Positions 9,893 through 18,708 of a stretch of DNA of 64,000 bases are shown piece by piece. Origin of the DNA: Candidatus Udaeobacter sp. (GTDB lineage: Bacteria > Patescibacteriota > Patescibacteriia > Magasanikbacterales > GWA2-37-8); the NCBI GenBank assembly GCA_035473115.1, contig DATION010000002.1:105368-169367 (forward strand), written 5' to 3'. The notes beneath the pieces were generated by a model. That model was not told the origin of the DNA. It did not search any database and saw nothing but the letters and a program-made list of their open reading frames with translations. Both the position numbers and the translations under genes were made by a program. Numbering within the stretch: position 1 is the stretch's first letter; the number at the start of each line of letters is the position of its first letter.

Positions 9893-11596
9893 ATGAAACC
9901 ATTTACTTTTAAAATTGGCGGTGAAGCTGGTTATGGCATTATGTCTTCAGGTTTAACTTTTTCCAAAATAGCGGCTCGTTCCGGCTTTCATGTGTTTAAT
10001 TACGCCGAGTATCCATCTATTATTCGCGGCGGCCACAATGTAATGCAGATTACTATCGCCGATAAACCAGTAGCTGCGTCTTACCAAACAACTGACTTTT
10101 TAGTGGCTTTAAATCAAGAGACTATAGACTTGCACCTTAGCGAACTATCAGCCGGCTCAGGTTTATTTTATGATTCCGAAAGATGTGTTTTGCCAAAATT
10201 GCCGAAAGGAGTAAGCGCGTTCGGTTTACCCATTAAAAAAATACTAAAAGAGATAGCCGGTTCTTTGGTTTTTAGAGATACTTTGGCATTAGGGGCAGTT
10301 ATCACTCTTTTAGGCGGCGATATAAAAATTTTTAAAAATTTATTGACCGAAGAATTTGCCAAAAAACATCCGGAGTTGGTAGAAAAAAATCATCTGGTTG
10401 CTCAAGCCGGCTACGATTATATTTATGATAATTATTTTGATGAAATCAAAAATATTTTAGAACCAAAAAAGAAAATTGACAAACAAATAGTTATCACTGG
10501 CGACGAAGCTATCGCACTAGGAGCAATAGCCGGTGGCCTGCAATTTGCCGCTATTTATCCAATGACTCCGATCAGTAATATTTTGCATACCTTGGCACCA
10601 CTTCAGGAAAAATATAATTTTATTTATAAACAGCCGGAAGATGAAATCTCGGCCATCAATATGGCTATTGGCGCTTCCTTTGCCGGAGCGCGCGCTATGA
10701 CCGCTTCGGCTGGCGGCGGTTTTTGTTTGATGAGTGAAGGTTATGGTTTGGCAGCTATTACCGAAACTCCGCTGGTGATCATCGAAGGCATGCGCGGCGG
10801 CCCAGCCACAGGTTTGCCTACCTGGACCGAACAGGGCGATCTGCGTTTTGTGCTCAGCGCGCACCAAGGAGAATTCCCACGGATTGTTTTGGCTGCCGGT
10901 GATGCTAATGAAGCTTTTCATTTAACTATGGAAGCTTTTAATTTAGCCGACAAATTTCAAACACCGGTTATAATTGTGGTTGATAAACAGGTTTGTGAAA
11001 GTAGTTTTGGTGTAGCTCCGTTTGAGTATAATAAATATAAAGTAGATAGGGGAGAGTTTACCCTTAAAAAAATGGCAAATTACAAACGTTATGCTTTAAC
11101 TGGCGATGGTGTTTCCCTAAGGTCTGTGCCCGGATCAGGCAATCATATTGTAGCGAACTCAGATGAGCATAATGAACTTGGCTATTCCAGCGAAGGAGCC
11201 AAAAACAGAATAGATCAAATGAGTAAGCGCTTAAAAAAGTTAGAGATTTGCGCCAAAGAAGATATGCCTAAACCACAACTCTTTGGTCCAAAAAATGCTG
11301 ATCTGACCATTGTTTCTTGGGGAAGCAATAAAGGCGCAATCTTAGAAGCCATGAGTAATTTTAAAAATGTAAATTTCTTACATCTTACTTGGCTCAGTCC
11401 GTTTCCAACAGAAGCAGTTAAAAAAACTTTGAGCAAAGCTCGCCGTATTTTAAATATAGAATGTAATTCTACCGCGCAAATGGCTGGGCTGATTAAAGAA
11501 AAAACCGGTATTGAAATTAAGAATAATTTATTGAAGTTTGATGGCCGGCCATTTTTTACCGAAGAAATTATCGCTAAAATTAAAAAAACTTTATAA
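9893..11596 (+). CDS. 2-oxoacid:ferredoxin oxidoreductase subunit alpha (with N-terminal gamma domain)
   Basis: GGEAGYGI, YPMTP, EDEISA and RGGPATGLPT motifs. Confidence 0.92.
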   Translation: MKPFTFKIGGEAGYGIMSSGLTFSKIAARSGFHVFNYAEYPSIIRGGHNVMQITIADKPVAASYQTTDFLVALNQETIDLHLSELSAGSGLFYDSERCVLPKLPKGVSAFGLPIKKILKEIAGSLVFRDTLALGAVITLLGGDIKIFKNLLTEEFAKKHPELVEKNHLVAQAGYDYIYDNYFDEIKNILEPKKKIDKQIVITGDEAIALGAIAGGLQFAAIYPMTPISNILHTLAPLQEKYNFIYKQPEDEISAINMAIGASFAGARAMTASAGGGFCLMSEGYGLAAITETPLVIIEGMRGGPATGLPTWTEQGDLRFVLSAHQGEFPRIVLAAGDANEAFHLTMEAFNLADKFQTPVIIVVDKQVCESSFGVAPFEYNKYKVDRGEFTLKKMANYKRYALTGDGVSLRSVPGSGNHIVANSDEHNELGYSSEGAKNRIDQMSKRLKKLEICAKEDMPKPQLFGPKNADLTIVSWGSNKGAILEAMSNFKNVNFLHLTWLSPFPTEAVKKTLSKARRILNIECNSTAQMAGLIKEKTGIEIKNNLLKFDGRPFFTEEIIAKIKKTL

Positions 11597-11602
11597 GCCA
11601 TT

Positions 11603-12463
11603 ATGACTTTTGATATCCAAAATTTAAAAACTCCCAATGCTTGCAACTGGTGTCCGGGCTGCGGAAACTTTGGCATTTGGACTGCTTTTAAACAAGCTGC
11701 CGAAAAAGAAAATTGGAATAATACCAATTCTGTAATCGTGGCTGGCATAGGTTGTCATGGCCATATTAATAATTTTATTGAATTATCAAGTTTTGAAGGT
11801 TTGCATGGGCGGTCTTTGCCGGTAGCTTCCGGAATAAAAATGGTTAATGATCGGTTGAATGTAATCGTATTTACCGGCGATGGTGATTGTTTGGCCGAAG
11901 GCGGCAATCACTTTATGCATGCAGCCAGACGCAATCAAAATTTAACTGTTATTTTGCATGACAATGCCATTTACGGGTTAACTACTGGTCAAACTTCACC
12001 ACGCTCACCACATGGATTTAAATCCAAATCTACTCCAGATGGAAATTTAGATGAACCGCTTAACCCGTTATCTTTAGCTTTATCTGCTGGCGCTACTTTT
12101 ATTGCCAGAGCTTATTCTGGTGATGTGCCTAGACTGACAGAGTTAATAATTCAAGCCAATCAACATAAAGGTTTTTCTGTTTTACAAGTTTTGCAGCCTT
12201 GCGTTACTTTCAACAAACTTTACACTCATTCTTTCTTCCAAGAAAACACTTACCATCTGCCAGCCGATTATAATCCGCAAGATAAAAAAGCTGCTTTTGC
12301 CAAAATTTTGGAATGGGGTGAAAAAGAGATTCCACTAGGAATTATTTATCAAGAAGACCGAATTTCCTACGAAGAACAGATACCGCAAATAAAAGAAGCT
12401 GCTTTGGTAGCTAACGCGCCAGAAAAAAGAGATATTAATGAGATTTTAAAACATTATGAATAG
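11603..12463 (+). CDS. 2-oxoacid:ferredoxin oxidoreductase subunit beta
   Basis: WCPGCG, GIGC, LHGR, GDGD TPP motif, YGLTTGQ. Confidence 0.93.
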   Translation: MTFDIQNLKTPNACNWCPGCGNFGIWTAFKQAAEKENWNNTNSVIVAGIGCHGHINNFIELSSFEGLHGRSLPVASGIKMVNDRLNVIVFTGDGDCLAEGGNHFMHAARRNQNLTVILHDNAIYGLTTGQTSPRSPHGFKSKSTPDGNLDEPLNPLSLALSAGATFIARAYSGDVPRLTELIIQANQHKGFSVLQVLQPCVTFNKLYTHSFFQENTYHLPADYNPQDKKAAFAKILEWGEKEIPLGIIYQEDRISYEEQIPQIKEAALVANAPEKRDINEILKHYE

Positions 12464-12932
12464 CCCTAAAGAAATTTTATTGCTTTACGCTACTAATTCT
12501 GGCAGCACGTTTGTATCCGGACAAATTATTAAAGATGTTTTGTCTCCGGATTTGGCTGTAAATATGCAAAATACCCTGGAATTTAATCCGGTAGATATCA
12601 AAAATTACGATACAATTATTTTAGGCTCGCCAAGCTGGGAGAGTAGGGGAGAGGAAGGTATGCCTACGGAAACAATGCTTAAACTATTCGATGTTTGGTC
12701 TAAAGAAGATTTTTCTAATAAAAATTTTGTTATTTATGGCTGCGGCGATGATGCTTATATAAATTTTTGCGGCGCGGTTGATCAGATGGAAAAGTTTGTT
12801 AACTTGGTAAAAGGCAAATTAATTTTTTCTTCGCTGCGTTTGAACGCTTTCTTTTTTGAATTAGATAAAAACGTGGAATTAACCAAAAAATGGGCAATTG
12901 GTTTAAAAGAAAAATTAAAGACTTTAGTTTAA
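12456..12932 (+). CDS. Flavodoxin
   Basis: YATNSGST phosphate loop, GSPSW, and GCGDDAY.NFCGAVD. Confidence 0.88.
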   Translation: MNSPKEILLLYATNSGSTFVSGQIIKDVLSPDLAVNMQNTLEFNPVDIKNYDTIILGSPSWESRGEEGMPTETMLKLFDVWSKEDFSNKNFVIYGCGDDAYINFCGAVDQMEKFVNLVKGKLIFSSLRLNAFFFELDKNVELTKKWAIGLKEKLKTLV

Positions 12933-13891
12933 TTTTTGCCGCTGTGGAACTTTTTGTGGATGTCGCGCAGATGCGGATTAGTAAGATGAGTATAAATTTG
13001 CGTGGTTACTATATTTTTGTGTCCTAAAAGCTCTTGTACCGAACGCATATCCGCGCCTTGCTGCAATAAATCGGTGGCAAAACTGTGGCGCAGGGTATGC
13101 GGGGTTGCTTCTACTGGTAAACCAGCCATCACTGTATATTTCCTCACCAGTCTTTCGACTGATCTTTGAGTTAAGCGATGTTCGTTATCTTCTTCATCTT
13201 TTTTGTAATTTATAAATAGGGGAGCATACATGTCTTTTCTGGTTTTCAGGTAGTTGGCCAAAGCAGTCAAAGCTCGATTGGAAAAATAGATCGTTCGCAC
13301 GGATCCGCCTTTACCAGAGATACTTAATTCTTGGTCAGTAAATTTTCCTTTGGTTAAATCGGCAACATTAAACTGTCTTATATTAAGTGAGGTTAATTCG
13401 GAAACACGCATACCTGTAGAAAATAGTATTTCTAAAATAGCTCGATCGCGTAAACCTTCTGGAGCAGATAAGTCAGGCATCTGCATCAGTTTTTCTACCT
13501 GTTCAAATTTTAAAAATTTAATAGTTTTGTCTTTGTCAGTTAATTTTGGCAATTTTATTTTTTCTGAAGGCAAAGAAATAATGTCTTTTTCGGCAAAATA
13601 GTTTAGCAGGTTACGAATAGCGATAAGGTAGTAGTTTTGGGTCGTTTTTTTGGTATATTTGCCCTTAGAATCCTTTTTACGAGATAGATAGACCCGGTAT
13701 GACCAAATGTGCTCTGGAGTGAGTTCGTGGGGCTTTAAAGAGCTTAAATTGGACTCTGCCAACCAAGCAGTAAAGGTGCGGAGGAAGTTATTGTAGTTAC
13801 GGGTAGTTACCGGACTTAAACCTCTTTCTACCTCGCAGTATTCAAGAAAGGTAAGTATATGTTGGGGGATAGGTTTGTTGGATTGTTGCAT
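12929..13891 (-). CDS. XerC/D-like tyrosine recombinase
   Basis: Catalytic set TGMRVSEL, GKG, HTLRHSFAT, LLGH and TQIYTH, preceded by a SAM-like N-terminal domain. Confidence 0.93.
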   Translation of the reverse strand: MQQSNKPIPQHILTFLEYCEVERGLSPVTTRNYNNFLRTFTAWLAESNLSSLKPHELTPEHIWSYRVYLSRKKDSKGKYTKKTTQNYYLIAIRNLLNYFAEKDIISLPSEKIKLPKLTDKDKTIKFLKFEQVEKLMQMPDLSAPEGLRDRAILEILFSTGMRVSELTSLNIRQFNVADLTKGKFTDQELSISGKGGSVRTIYFSNRALTALANYLKTRKDMYAPLFINYKKDEEDNEHRLTQRSVERLVRKYTVMAGLPVEATPHTLRHSFATDLLQQGADMRSVQELLGHKNIVTTQIYTHLTNPHLRDIHKKFHSGKN

Positions 13892-13900
13892 ATATAAATT

Positions 13901-13911
13901 ATGTCGCTTAA
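13901..13911. promoter_or_regulatory. Isolated Xer half-site in the recombinase leader (possible autoregulation)
   Basis: ATGTCGCTTAA matches the left arm of the 15214 site at 10/11 positions. It lies between the xer promoter (minus strand TTGAGC-17-TATTAT) and the xer ATG. Confidence 0.6.
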
Positions 13912-13952
13912 TATAATACCATTTTTACTAATACAGCTCAACTAGAAAAATA

Positions 13953-13993
13953 TTGACTTTTTATTATAAATTTTATAATCTCTAATAAGGAGG
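13953..13993 (+). promoter_or_regulatory. sigma70 promoter and SD for ORF 14003
   Basis: TTGACT at 13953, TATAAT/TAATCT at 13974-13981, and AAGGAGG at 13987. Confidence 0.6.
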
Positions 13994-14002
13994 ATATGAC
14001 AA

Positions 14003-14302
14003 ATGAGAGATTATTCACGTGGAGAGGCCAGAAACATTCGACGCCTAAAGGCTGGGTTGGTCCGAACGCCTAGCGGAAAATTGGTTCGGACGAAAAATCC
14101 AGTCACCAGGAGGCGCTCGCGCTCAAAAAACAATGGCTATTGGGAGTGTACCGCTATGGTGAGCAGGAGAGCCGCTTCAACCTGGTCATCGGGCTTTGTT
14201 CATCACTACCTGCCGTGCTTTACTCGGAACAGCGCTCAAGAAGCAAGGTGTTCCAGCTGCAAACAGCCCAGAACAGCGCGCAATGAGATCAAGTTTGATT
14301 AA
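14003..14302 (+). CDS. Small Arg-rich protein with a RanBP2-like zinc finger
   Basis: W-x-C...C-x3-N-x6-C-x2-C-x2-PR pattern; has its own promoter, SD and terminator. Confidence 0.6.
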   Translation: MRDYSRGEARNIRRLKAGLVRTPSGKLVRTKNPVTRRRSRSKNNGYWECTAMVSRRAASTWSSGFVHHYLPCFTRNSAQEARCSSCKQPRTARNEIKFD

Positions 14303-14410
14303 GAACGCCTAGTAAGAGTTGTGCGTTCTTACAGCAAAAACCATTCGTAGTTCAACCTTAGTTCTTAAAATAAGAATTGAGGTGGAGGATAGTTTACGAA
14401 TGGTTTTTTG
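14300..14410 (+). terminator. Double hairpin / terminator
   Basis: TAAGAACGC/GCGTTCTTA (14300-14331), then AAAAACCATTCGTA...TACGAATGGTTTTT with an inner stem and T-tract. Confidence 0.7.
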
Positions 14411-14506
14411 TTTTGAGTGTTATTATTATTTTTTCTAATTGAAATATATTGCAAAAGCATTTATACTATAGCTTAAAGTAGGTTTTTAAAGTAAATAAAG
14501 TAAATT

Positions 14507-15136
14507 ATGAATCTAATAGAATTTATAGAAAGAACTAAGGGGTGGTTTGATAAAAATTGGATAGTTCTTTTAATTGGTTTTATAGCTGGTTGGTTTTTAG
14601 AACCAATGAGAGCTTTATTTAATGATTGGTTAAAAAATCAAATTGTTAAATTAGGTACAAGGATTGAAAGATTTGGAAAAGTTAAATATAAATTATCAAA
14701 AACTGGAGTTCCTATTGATGTTACAGGTATGCATTCAGGCGGGATTTTATCGGCAGTAAGTATAGTACCTTCAATTGACATTGAAACTGATCATATTGAT
14801 TTATTTACTGGTTATAAAGTCGAGATTTTTATTATAAATAATAAAAGAAGATTTAAAACACAACATAATTATTTTCATAAAAAATGCCATTGGTTATGGT
14901 CTTATACGCTTAATCAAATAAATACTTTCCCATTATCTATTGAAAATCTTCATTTTATTGATAATGAACCAATGAGAAAGCCGTACTATCAACTTTCAAC
15001 GGAAGTAGCAAGGATTGGCGTTCCCTTGGATGAAATTCGGGAAGAATTTGTAGATGTTCTGGTTTATATTAATGATAAGCTTGCAATTAAAGATAAAGTA
15101 AAAATTTTTAAAACGGGTAGTTACTTAATAGATTAA
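14507..15136 (+). CDS. Hypothetical protein with an N-terminal membrane anchor
   Basis: 209-aa, very AT-rich ORF with one hydrophobic segment; no motif recognised. Confidence 0.6.
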   Translation: MNLIEFIERTKGWFDKNWIVLLIGFIAGWFLEPMRALFNDWLKNQIVKLGTRIERFGKVKYKLSKTGVPIDVTGMHSGGILSAVSIVPSIDIETDHIDLFTGYKVEIFIINNKRRFKTQHNYFHKKCHWLWSYTLNQINTFPLSIENLHFIDNEPMRKPYYQLSTEVARIGVPLDEIREEFVDVLVYINDKLAIKDKVKIFKTGSYLID

Positions 15137-15213
15137 ATTCAAATACTTAGTTCGACTTTAGATGTCTATACAAGACGCCATGAACGAATTAGTTAAGAGA
15201 TAGTTCAATATAT

Positions 15214-15241
15214 ACGTCGCTTAATCTATGTTATACGACGT
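15214..15241. other. dif-like Xer recombination site (putative terminus)
   Basis: ACGTCGCTTAA-TCTATG-TTATACGACGT: 11-6-11 layout, arms 9/11 inverted-identical, 1.3 kb from xer, near the point where gene orientation flips. Confidence 0.75.
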
Positions 15242-15306
15242 TAAGTATAAAACACTGAATAAAGCTGAAATGGCCAAACCTAATCCTTCCCTCTCTAAAA
15301 CCCGGC

Positions 15307-16320
15307 TTACTTCCAGTAAACCTTTTCCCCAAAGCGTAAATCAATATATTCTTTAGGTTTAATGGTGGAAAGAGTCTGTTTAAGTACATTTATTTGGCTA
15401 TCAACACTATTTGCCGGTTGAAAGATAATTTTCCATGGGCTGGCAGTTTCAATGCTTATTCCGGAATAAAGATCGTCTAAAGTAAAGAATTCAATCCCCA
15501 CTACCCTATCTTGCTTGTTTGTTTTAAACCAAGAGATAATTGCCGCAATCTGTTCAGGAGGCAAAATATGTTCCTGTTTTTCGGCAACTTCTAAGCCTCG
15601 TTTATCATAAACTAGTGGGTAATCACCAAACAATTTATTAATTTTTTTGTAGTCTGGTGTGTGTTCAAAGGTAGTAGAAGCCAGTTGAGTAGAAGTATTG
15701 TTTAAAGCAGCTAAACTAATAACGGTACTAGTATTAATTTTTTGTGATACTTCATAAGGCTGCACATCCTGTAAGAACTTAGTAGCCATACCAGAACTAT
15801 CGAGTAAGAAATATTTTTTTCCATTATCATAAATAATAGATGAGATTTTTTCTTTAACTTCAATATTTATCTGGTTAGGGAAAACTTTGGTAATTTTTAT
15901 AGTTTCAAAAGGAAATTTTTGATATAATCCCTGCTCCATCTCGGCGGCATCTACCAAAAAATAATTATTTAAAGACAAAAAACTTTTTTTATTTAAATAA
16001 TTTTCAAAAATAAATTTATCCATCTCATCTTTAGTGGTAATATTTAGGCCAAAATAATTTATTTTATTGATTTTAAAATAAGAGGCATAGGCCAAATAAG
16101 CCATCCAGCCGACCAAAATAATGATTAGGATAGTAATCTTGATTTTTGTCCCGCTTATTTTTTTGGTTTCTCTGTAAGGATTGCTTTTGTAATGAAACTT
16201 ATCTTGCGGAGCGGCGTTTATAGTTTTTTTTCTTTTAAAAATACGAAAAAAATTTTCCTTCCAACTGGTGTAAGGCTTATGCTTTTCAAAAGCGTACTCC
16301 GAGCGTATTTTTTTCATCAT
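15307..16320 (-). CDS. FtsQ/DivIB-like cell division protein
   Basis: One TM helix, POTRA-like segment (KVFPNQINIEVKEK), and C-terminal EYIDLRFGEKVY. Confidence 0.75.
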   Translation of the reverse strand: MMKKIRSEYAFEKHKPYTSWKENFFRIFKRKKTINAAPQDKFHYKSNPYRETKKISGTKIKITILIIILVGWMAYLAYASYFKINKINYFGLNITTKDEMDKFIFENYLNKKSFLSLNNYFLVDAAEMEQGLYQKFPFETIKITKVFPNQINIEVKEKISSIIYDNGKKYFLLDSSGMATKFLQDVQPYEVSQKINTSTVISLAALNNTSTQLASTTFEHTPDYKKINKLFGDYPLVYDKRGLEVAEKQEHILPPEQIAAIISWFKTNKQDRVVGIEFFTLDDLYSGISIETASPWKIIFQPANSVDSQINVLKQTLSTIKPKEYIDLRFGEKVYWK

Positions 16321-16330
16321 AGATAAAAAA

Positions 16331-17440
16331 CTAACGCAATATTCTTGGCAGCAACGGGTTTATACGATCCACTATCTCATAATTAATAGTTTGGCACCAA
16401 TTGGCCAGATCATCAACCGAAATAGATTTGCTTTTATCTTGACCAATTAAAGTTACCTTATCCCCTGCTTTTACTTCCAAATTAGTCACGTCAACCATAC
16501 AAACATTCATACAGATTCGACCCAGTACCGGACAAAATTTATCTTTGATAAGCACGTGGCCTGTATTAGACAATCTGCGGTCAAACCCGTCCCAGTAGCC
16601 TATTGGTAGGATAGCTATTTTGGTAGGCCGATTGGTGGTGTAGGTGCCGCCATAACCAACTTTAACACCAGCTGGGACTGTTTTTACCTGAATTACCTTC
16701 GTAAACCATGATAAAGCTGGTTTTAAGTTAATATCTGTTTTATTTTTTGTGGCATGCAGACCATAAAGACTTAGTCCTAATCGCGCTGCATTTTCATGGG
16801 CAAATTTATGGTTTATTATGGCTGCCGAACAAGCAATATGTTTGATCGGAATAATAACGCCATTATCTTCTAAGTTTTTACAAACTGATCTAAAAATTTC
16901 GTGTTGGTTTTTGGTGTAAATAAAATCATCTTCACTCGAAGCAAAATGACTCCAAATTCCTTCCAGTTCTATTTTTTTATATTTTTTAATTTCATTTACA
17001 AAATTTATTGCTTCATCTGGCATTATTCCTAGTCTGGAAGCACCCGTATCTATTTTTAGATGCACCTTTATTTTTTTATTCAACCTCTCCCCTATCTTGT
17101 TAAATAGCCTGGCATTTTCCAGACTGTACAAAGGAAAAATAATATTATTTTTTATAGCTAGAGCCAGTTTTTTTTCATCTTGATCAAAAAAACTTAATAT
17201 CATTATTGGTTTTCTGGTTAGTTTATTTTTGATAAGCTCTAAAGCTTCATCCAAACTTACCACACAGATTCTATCTGCTTCGGAGCTGCTGTGACAAATT
17301 TTAGCAATATTTAAAAAACCATGCCCATAAGCATTAGCTTTTATTACCGGCATAAGCATAATTTTTTGGCCGATTGTTTTTTTAAATTGCCGTAAATTAT
17401 GCTTAATTGCTTGAGAATCAATTTCTAACCAGGTAAGCAT
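16331..17440 (-). CDS. alr: Alanine racemase
   Basis: VIKANAYGHG, HLKIDTG, GYWDG and GRICMN motifs. Likely start is MLTWLEID at 17440. Confidence 0.95.
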   Translation of the reverse strand: MLTWLEIDSQAIKHNLRQFKKTIGQKIMLMPVIKANAYGHGFLNIAKICHSSSEADRICVVSLDEALELIKNKLTRKPIMILSFFDQDEKKLALAIKNNIIFPLYSLENARLFNKIGERLNKKIKVHLKIDTGASRLGIMPDEAINFVNEIKKYKKIELEGIWSHFASSEDDFIYTKNQHEIFRSVCKNLEDNGVIIPIKHIACSAAIINHKFAHENAARLGLSLYGLHATKNKTDINLKPALSWFTKVIQVKTVPAGVKVGYGGTYTTNRPTKIAILPIGYWDGFDRRLSNTGHVLIKDKFCPVLGRICMNVCMVDVTNLEVKAGDKVTLIGQDKSKSISVDDLANWCQTINYEIVDRINPLLPRILR

Positions 17441-17450
17441 TTTAGGATAT

Positions 17451-18704
17451 TTATAATTTTTTAAACCCGGTATATTTTTGCAGAACTTTTGGCACCAAAA
17501 CACTGCCGTCTTTTTGTTGGTAGTTTTCTATTATTGCCAGCGGGAAGCGGCTGGTAACTATGGCTGTGCCATTTAAGGTATGGACAAAATCAGTGCTGCC
17601 ATCGGCTTTGCGGTATTTTATGTTTAAACGGCGCGCCTGATAGTCTGTGCAGTTACTGGTGCTAGTTATCTCGCCATAGCCGCCCTGGCTGTCATTTTCG
17701 GCCTTCATAGTCATCCAAGCTTCGATATCATACTTTCGGTAAGCTGGACCACCTAAATCACCGCTAGCGACGTCAATTACTTGGTAAGGCAGTTTTAAGC
17801 CGTCAACGATCTTTTTTTCCATCTGCAAGAGTTCCTGGTGCATTTTTTCACTATCTTCCGGTTGGCAGTAAATAAACATCTCTAATTTTGTGAATTGGTG
17901 AACGCGGTAAAAGCCTTTATTGGTTTTGCCATAAGCGCCAGCTTCGGTTCTAAAACAATGAGATAGAGCTACATATTTTTTTGGTCCTTTGCTTAGATCT
18001 AAAACCTCATTGGCATGATAACCGCCCATAGTTATTTCAGCAGTTCCAATCAGGCTTAAATCGGTATTTTCTAAAGAATAAACCTGGGTTTCTGCTCCGC
18101 GCGGGTTAAAGCCAATCCCGGTTAGAATTTCGTTTTTGGCAATATCCGGAGTTTCGATTAAAGAATAGCCATGCTTGGTCAGTATATCTATGCCATAACT
18201 GATTAAAGCTTGGTTTAAGCGAACCAAGTTATTTTTAGAGAAATAAAATTTGGCCGCAGCTACTTTGGCGCCTCTTTCAAAATCCGCTAAATCCAGATTA
18301 AGGATTATTTCTTCGTGGTTTTTTGGGGTAAATTTAAATGGTTTAGGTTTGGCGCTGGTATATACAACTTTAAAATCATTTTCCCCGCCAATCGGACTTT
18401 GTGGGTGGGTAAGATTAGGAACCTTTAATAGAAGTTCGCGATAATTTATTTCATTTTCTTCTATTTTTTTCTCTAGCGCAGCAATATCATCTCCAACTTT
18501 GCGCAGTTTGGCTATTTCCTCTTCGGTTGGTTTACCTTTGGATTTACTATTGCGTAAAGCGCGCAGATCTTCCATTTCTTTCAACAATCCGCGTCTGTCT
18601 TCGTCTAATTTTAAGAGCGCATCAACGTCTAGGTTAACATTGCGTTTTGCACAGTTGTCTTTAATTAAATCTCTATTTTCACGGATGAATTTTATGTCCA
18701 GCAT
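17451..18704 (-). CDS. serS: Serine--tRNA ligase
   Basis: MLDIKFIREN, GTAE, FRTEAG, RVHQFTKLE, SNCTDYQARR, HTLNGT. Confidence 0.97.
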   Translation of the reverse strand: MLDIKFIRENRDLIKDNCAKRNVNLDVDALLKLDEDRRGLLKEMEDLRALRNSKSKGKPTEEEIAKLRKVGDDIAALEKKIEENEINYRELLLKVPNLTHPQSPIGGENDFKVVYTSAKPKPFKFTPKNHEEIILNLDLADFERGAKVAAAKFYFSKNNLVRLNQALISYGIDILTKHGYSLIETPDIAKNEILTGIGFNPRGAETQVYSLENTDLSLIGTAEITMGGYHANEVLDLSKGPKKYVALSHCFRTEAGAYGKTNKGFYRVHQFTKLEMFIYCQPEDSEKMHQELLQMEKKIVDGLKLPYQVIDVASGDLGGPAYRKYDIEAWMTMKAENDSQGGYGEITSTSNCTDYQARRLNIKYRKADGSTDFVHTLNGTAIVTSRFPLAIIENYQQKDGSVLVPKVLQKYTGFKKL

Positions 18705-18708
18705 ATTG

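Noticed and set aside
12929-15136. Prophage or ICE integrase
   Set aside because: No phage, conjugation or replication genes and no tRNA target nearby.
12929-15241. Integron (tyrosine recombinase with divergent small cassettes and hairpins)
   Set aside because: No IntI-specific insertion is evident in the recombinase, and the hairpins lack attC RYYYAAC/GTTRRRY ends. A Xer/dif reading fits better.
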